Under the pieces are notes generated by a model. It was not told where the DNA came from. It did no database searches and worked only from the letters and a program-made list of their open reading frames with translations. DNA of 30,586 nucleotides, from assembly GCA_031367385.1 (NCBI GenBank), contig JANLPS010000109.1:1-30586 (forward strand), in the 5' to 3' direction. Each line of letters begins with the position of its first letter. Within the stretch, counting starts at the first letter, position 1. This DNA is from Archangium sp. (GTDB lineage Bacteria; Myxococcota; Myxococcia; Myxococcales; Myxococcaceae). Positions 26,151-30,586 of the stretch are shown in pieces. The position numbers and the translations under genes are program-made.

Positions 26151-26726
26151 ATGAATTCAGAAGATGTCACGTTCGCAATTCTGGCCGGTGGCCGCGGGTC
26201 GAGGCTCGGCGGGTGCGCCAAGGGCCTCCTCGAAGTGGGTGGGCAGACCCTCCTTTCGCTCCAATTGCGCAGCGCGGCGGCGTTCAAAAATCGCGTGCTG
26301 GTGGCTGATGACGCAGTGCCCTATTTGGGGTTCGACCTCGACGTGGTTCGCGACGTCGAGCCAGGCTGCGGAGCTCCTGGAGGCGTCGTCAGCGCGTTGC
26401 TCGCCGCTCGAACGGCCTGGGTGCTGGTGGTCGCCTGCGACATGCCTTTCGTCAACGACGCGATGTTCACCAGGCTCATGACGCTCGACCCGCATGCGCA
26501 CGACGTGGCTTGTTTCACGCGAGCAGGGCACTTCGAGCCCTTGTGTGCGCTCTATCGCCAAACGCTGGGCTCGCTCTGGCGGCCGCGGCTCGGCGAAGAG
26601 CGCTCACTGCGCGCTTTGCTCGCTTCGGTGCGGGTGCACTGCGAGCCGGTGTCAGACGACGGGCTGCTCGACAGCGTCAACACGCCCGCTGACCTCGTGC
26701 GCCACGGAGCGATGCGAAAGTTTTAG
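26151..26726 (+). CDS. mobA: Molybdenum cofactor guanylyltransferase
   Basis: ILAGGRGSRLG..K, VACDMPF, EPLCALY and VNTPADL motifs. Confidence 0.88.
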   Translation: MNSEDVTFAILAGGRGSRLGGCAKGLLEVGGQTLLSLQLRSAAAFKNRVLVADDAVPYLGFDLDVVRDVEPGCGAPGGVVSALLAARTAWVLVVACDMPFVNDAMFTRLMTLDPHAHDVACFTRAGHFEPLCALYRQTLGSLWRPRLGEERSLRALLASVRVHCEPVSDDGLLDSVNTPADLVRHGAMRKF

Positions 26727-26765
26727 GGGTTCTGCGGCTTCTGCTACGCTCTCACGCACCAGCGT

Positions 26766-27320
26766 ATGGCGAAAACTTTCGAGAAAGCCGTCACTGGCTT
26801 CAACCACAACATCAAGCACAAGGGCAAAGTCTACCACGTCCAAACCGAAGACTCGGGCGTGAACAACCCTCACATCATCACGCACCTTTTCGTCGGCGGT
26901 AACATTCTCGCGACCAAGAAGGCGTCGTACGTCGACATCGCCAAGGCCCCCAACATCGCCGAGCTCGTGCGCGACATGATGGAGGAGCAGCACAAAGAAA
27001 TGCTGCGCAACCTCATCGGCGGCACCTACGACAACGTCGACAAGAGCGCGCAGAGCTACCAGCCGGGGCAGTTGGCGCCCGATTCGCAGCCCAAGCCGCA
27101 GCTCAAGCCCGCGCCAGTCGCCGAGCTGCCGTTGATTGAAGCGACGCTCGAGCCCGTGCCCAAGATCGTGCCGCCCGAGGTCATCGCCGCCCGCTTGTTG
27201 GCCGAGCAGCCGCGCGAGAACAACATCGGTGTCGAGACGCTCTTCGGCGAAGATCTGATCAGCGAGAAGAGCCTCGATGAGGTCATCTTGAGCTACCTCG
27301 CCGGCGACCCCACTTCGTAA
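26766..27320 (+). CDS. romY: Conserved myxobacterial protein, probably RomY (MglB GAP co-factor)
   Basis: 184 aa: ~90-aa N-domain ([21 protein letters not shown]), Pro-rich linker, C-terminal [10 protein letters not shown]. This fits my recollection of RomY size, architecture and neighbourhood, but is not verified by alignment. Confidence 0.55.
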   Translation: MAKTFEKAVTGFNHNIKHKGKVYHVQTEDSGVNNPHIITHLFVGGNILATKKASYVDIAKAPNIAELVRDMMEEQHKEMLRNLIGGTYDNVDKSAQSYQPGQLAPDSQPKPQLKPAPVAELPLIEATLEPVPKIVPPEVIAARLLAEQPRENNIGVETLFGEDLISEKSLDEVILSYLAGDPTS

Positions 27321-27367
27321 ACTTTTGTGGTTCGCAATGGGTCGGCAATTCCGCTAACTCGTCGGGC

Positions 27368-29368
27368 ATGACTGCGTCTGCCGAACTCGACCTGCTGAGC
27401 ATCAACACAATCCGCACCCTGGCGATTGACGTGGTGCAGAAGGCCGACTCCGGTCACCCCGGGTTGCCGTTGGGCGCGGCCCCGATGGCGTACGTGCTCT
27501 GGCAGCGGCACCTGAAGCACTTTCCCACTGACCCGTCGTGGCCTGATCGCGACCGCTTCGTGCTCTCGGCGGGTCACGGCTCGATGTTGCTCTACGGGCT
27601 CTTGCACCTGACCGGGTACCCGCTCTCGTTCGAAGAGGTGCTCAACTTTCGGCAGTGGGGCTCGAAGACGCCGGGTCACCCGGAGTTCGGCCTGACTCCC
27701 GGCGTCGAGGCGACCACTGGCCCGCTGGGGCAGGGCTTCAGCAACGCGGTCGGCATGGCGATGGCCGAGCGCGCGCTGGCGAGCCGGTTCAATCAGCCGG
27801 GCCACACCGTCGTCGATCACCACACCTACACCCTGGTCGGCGACGGAGACCTGATGGAGGGCGTCGCCTCAGAAGCCGCTTCGCTCGCGGGTCACCTGAA
27901 GCTGGGCAAGCTCATTTGCCTCTATGACTCGAACGACGTGACGCTCGACGGCCCGGCGAGCCTCAGCTACGGCGAAGACACCGGCAAGCGCTTCGAGTCG
28001 TACGGCTGGCACGTGCAGACGGTCGCCAATGGCAACACCGACCTCGAGGGCCTCGACGAAGCGATTCGCAATGCCCGCGCTGACATGACCAAGCCGTCGC
28101 TCATCATCGTCAAGACCACCATCGGCTTCGGCTCGCCCAACAAGCAGGGCAAGTCGTCGTCACACGGCAGCCCGCTGGGTGAAGACGAGATCAAGCTGAC
28201 CAAGAAGGCCCTCGGGTGGGACCCCGAGAAGAAGTTCTTCATACCCGAAGAGGCGCTGAAGAATTTTCGCTCGGCGCTCACCAAGGGCAAGGCCGCGAAA
28301 GACGATTGGGACAAGCGCTTCGCCGCGTATGCGCACGCGTTTCCCGCGCTGGCGGCTGACTTCGACCGGGTGATTGCGGGCGAGTTGCCCAAGGGCCTCG
28401 AGAAGGCGCTCCCGACCTACGCGGCGGGCAAAGACCTCGAGACCCGCTCATCGGCAGGTACGGCGCTGGTCGCCCTGGCCGGGGTGATGCCCGAGCTCAT
28501 CGGAGGCGATGCCGACCTGGGTGGCTCGACCAAGACGGTGCTCAAAGACCTGGGCAGCTTCGATGGCCAGACCGGGGCGGGCCGCAACATTCACTTCGGC
28601 GTGCGTGAGCATGCGATGGCCGCGATCTGCAACGGCATGGCGTACCACGGCGGCGTGCGGCCGTTTAACGCCACGTTCTTCACCTTCAGCGACTACATGC
28701 GCCCGGCGGTTCGGTTGTCGGCGATGAACCATCTGCCAGTGATTTACGTGTGGACGCATGACTCCATCGGCTTGGGTGAAGACGGCCCGACGCACCAGCC
28801 TGTCGAGCAATTGATGTCGCTGCGGCTGATACCCAACCTGACCGTGATTCGGCCTGGTGACGCGGCCGAGGCGGCCGAGGCCTGGCTGTTCGCGATCAAC
28901 AACCGCCATGGCCCGACCGGGTTGGTCTTCACGCGCCAGAAGGTGCCGACGGTCGATCGCACGAAGATGGCTCCGGCGGCCGGGCTGCGGCGGGGCGCGT
29001 ACGTGCTCAGCGATGCGCCGAACGCGAAGGCGATCATCATCGCGACGGGCTCTGAGGTGCAGTGGGCCATCGCCGCGCAAGAGACCCTCGCCAAAGAAGG
29101 CATCGCCACCCGGGTGGTCTCGATGCCGTGCATGGAGCTGTTCTGGTCTCAGCCCGCCGATTACCGCGAGCAGGTGCTGCCCAAGGCGATCACCGCGCGC
29201 GTCTCGCTCGAGGCTGGCGTCACCCATGGCTGGGAACGCTTCGTCGGAGACCGCGGCATCGCGCTCGGGGTCGACAAGTTCGGCGCTTCGGCTCCAGACA
29301 AGATTCTCTTCGAGAAGTACGGCTTGAGCGCGGCGAAGATCGCCGAAGCCGTTCGAAGCCTGGTCTGA
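27368..29368 (+). CDS. tkt: Transketolase
   Basis: [31 protein letters not shown] (ThDP motif), FGVREH and GEDGPTHQ motifs. Confidence 0.97.
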   Translation: MTASAELDLLSINTIRTLAIDVVQKADSGHPGLPLGAAPMAYVLWQRHLKHFPTDPSWPDRDRFVLSAGHGSMLLYGLLHLTGYPLSFEEVLNFRQWGSKTPGHPEFGLTPGVEATTGPLGQGFSNAVGMAMAERALASRFNQPGHTVVDHHTYTLVGDGDLMEGVASEAASLAGHLKLGKLICLYDSNDVTLDGPASLSYGEDTGKRFESYGWHVQTVANGNTDLEGLDEAIRNARADMTKPSLIIVKTTIGFGSPNKQGKSSSHGSPLGEDEIKLTKKALGWDPEKKFFIPEEALKNFRSALTKGKAAKDDWDKRFAAYAHAFPALAADFDRVIAGELPKGLEKALPTYAAGKDLETRSSAGTALVALAGVMPELIGGDADLGGSTKTVLKDLGSFDGQTGAGRNIHFGVREHAMAAICNGMAYHGGVRPFNATFFTFSDYMRPAVRLSAMNHLPVIYVWTHDSIGLGEDGPTHQPVEQLMSLRLIPNLTVIRPGDAAEAAEAWLFAINNRHGPTGLVFTRQKVPTVDRTKMAPAAGLRRGAYVLSDAPNAKAIIIATGSEVQWAIAAQETLAKEGIATRVVSMPCMELFWSQPADYREQVLPKAITARVSLEAGVTHGWERFVGDRGIALGVDKFGASAPDKILFEKYGLSAAKIAEAVRSLV

Positions 29369-29374
29369 GGGCAC

Positions 29375-29875
29375 GTGCCGTTTCTGCGAAAATTCGCGAC
29401 CCCGTTGACGATGGGCGCCTTTCTGCTCACCGCGGTGACGGGCGTGCTGCTGTTCTTCGAGGCGGGCGTGGGCATGGTCCACGTCGCGCACGAGTGGCTC
29501 AGCTGGGCGCTCGTGCTCGGAGTCTTCGCGCACGTCGCCACCAACTGGGCTTCGTTCACGACCTACTTCGTGCAGAAGCGGGCCACTGCGATACCGGTGC
29601 TGGTGGTGTTCGTGCTGTTGCTCGGGGCCTCGTTCTTTGAGCCGCCCGGGCAACGCGAGGGGCCTTCACCCGCGCGGCTGGCGCTCAATTCGCTGGTAGG
29701 TTCTCCGTTGGCGGTGGTGGCCCAGGTCGCCAAGCGCCCGGCTGACGAGGTGATGCAGGGCCTCAAGGCGGCCGGCTTCTCGAAGCTGACGGGGCCCGAG
29801 CAGTCGATTCGCGACATCGCCGGCGATGACCGTGGCGAGCAGGGCAAAGCGTTCGAAGTGATCTTCAAGAGATGA
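29375..29875 (+). CDS. DUF4405-family membrane protein
   Basis: TGVLLFF...HEWLS...HVATNW (two TM His), three TM helices and a soluble C-tail. Confidence 0.75.
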   Translation: MPFLRKFATPLTMGAFLLTAVTGVLLFFEAGVGMVHVAHEWLSWALVLGVFAHVATNWASFTTYFVQKRATAIPVLVVFVLLLGASFFEPPGQREGPSPARLALNSLVGSPLAVVAQVAKRPADEVMQGLKAAGFSKLTGPEQSIRDIAGDDRGEQGKAFEVIFKR

Positions 29876-30492
29876 CTGAGCTCTTCGTCAGCTGCACTCC
29901 GGGGCTCGAGGGCGTGCTGGGCGCGGAGCTTCGCGAGCTCGGCCTTCGCGATGTACGCACGGTGCCTGGCGGGGCTGAGGCGAAGGGCTCGTATGCGCTC
30001 GTGAATCGGCAGTCGCGAATCGCGAGCAAGGTGCTGGCTCGCATCGGGGCGGTGAAGCGGCCGGAGCAGCTGAAGACGTTGAATTTGCCGGCGAAATTGC
30101 CGGTGCGGGTCGAGGGTGGTGACCGGGCCTGGCAGACGGCGGCGTTCGCCGCGTGGGGTGAGGGCGACGGGCTCGAGCTGAGCCTTCGCATGCACCACGG
30201 CGAGGTGATCGTGAGTGTCGATACCTCGGGTGAGCTGCTGCACATGCGCGGGTACCGGCAGGAGATCGGCCGGGCTCCGATGCGAGAGACCTTGGCGGCG
30301 GGCATGTTGCGGCTGGCGAGGTACGACCCGGGGTTGCCCCTGTGGGACGTGATGTGCGGCTCGGGCACGCGGGTGATTGAAGCCGCTGAGTTGGCTGCTG
30401 GGCTGGCGCCGGGCAGAAACCGGATGTTCGCATTTGATGCTTGGGGCGGGGGGGCCGTGGTTCGACAAGCACACCCAGTGAGGGGTGCCTAA
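29872..30492 (+). CDS. THUMP-domain RNA methyltransferase (RlmL-like), 3' part truncated/corrupted
   Basis: CTPGLE, DTSGELLHMRGYR, APMRETLAAG and DVMCGSGT motifs. The rest of the MTase domain is missing where the sequence turns into an inverted copy of itself. Confidence 0.75.
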   Translation: MTELFVSCTPGLEGVLGAELRELGLRDVRTVPGGAEAKGSYALVNRQSRIASKVLARIGAVKRPEQLKTLNLPAKLPVRVEGGDRAWQTAAFAAWGEGDGLELSLRMHHGEVIVSVDTSGELLHMRGYRQEIGRAPMRETLAAGMLRLARYDPGLPLWDVMCGSGTRVIEAAELAAGLAPGRNRMFAFDAWGGGAVVRQAHPVRGA

Positions 30493-30575
30493 CAGAATTA
30501 TCAATGTGAGCCCGTGGAACCACCGCCCCCCCCCCCCAAGCATCAAATACGAACTGCCGGTTTAAGCCCGGCGCC
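30405..30575. repeat. Imperfect 59-bp inverted repeat at the window end (probable fold-back artefact)
   Basis: 30405-30463 versus the reverse complement of 30517-30575 differs at about 7 of 59 positions, with long G/C homopolymers. Confidence 0.8.
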
Positions 30576-30586
30576 CCCCCCGCCGC

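Noticed and set aside
30390..30586. Long inverted repeat truncating the RlmL-like gene (MITE, hairpin telomere or invertible element?)
   Set aside because: Both arms are noisy copies of the methyltransferase coding sequence itself, with poly-G/C runs, at the very end of the sequence. This is typical of a fold-back or low-quality contig end; read mapping would settle it.

Overview
GC-rich bacterial chromosomal segment that looks myxobacterial (Myxococcota), judged from gene content and recalled Myxococcus-like gene order. In order: the C-terminus of a probable SgmX-like TPR protein, an ExeA-type AAA ATPase, TamB, a BamA/TamA-family Omp85 protein, an acyltransferase, an MFS transporter, Ppx/GppA, FabH, tolQRAB, a three-domain lipoprotein, murI, carF, a variable cluster of small secreted/membrane genes (one a frameshifted NlpC/P60-like gene), a small-protein/DUF4398/OmpA operon with terminator, an M50 peptidase, a tandem cNMP-domain protein, mobA, a probable romY, tkt, a DUF4405 protein and a truncated RlmL-like methyltransferase. 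No rRNA, tRNA, CRISPR array, integrase or transposase was seen. The most unusual structure lies between ppx and the MFS gene. The ancestral overlapping ppx-stop/MFS-start junction is present in four diverged tandem copies (periods 158, 144 and 137 bp). The copies keep the Ppx C-terminal reading frame, are joined by an AATTGCAATT palindrome, and contain a chain of start/stop-overlapping mini-ORFs running from ppx to the MFS start. The last ~190 bp look like a fold-back assembly artefact. All family assignments are from motif recognition; no database searches were run.
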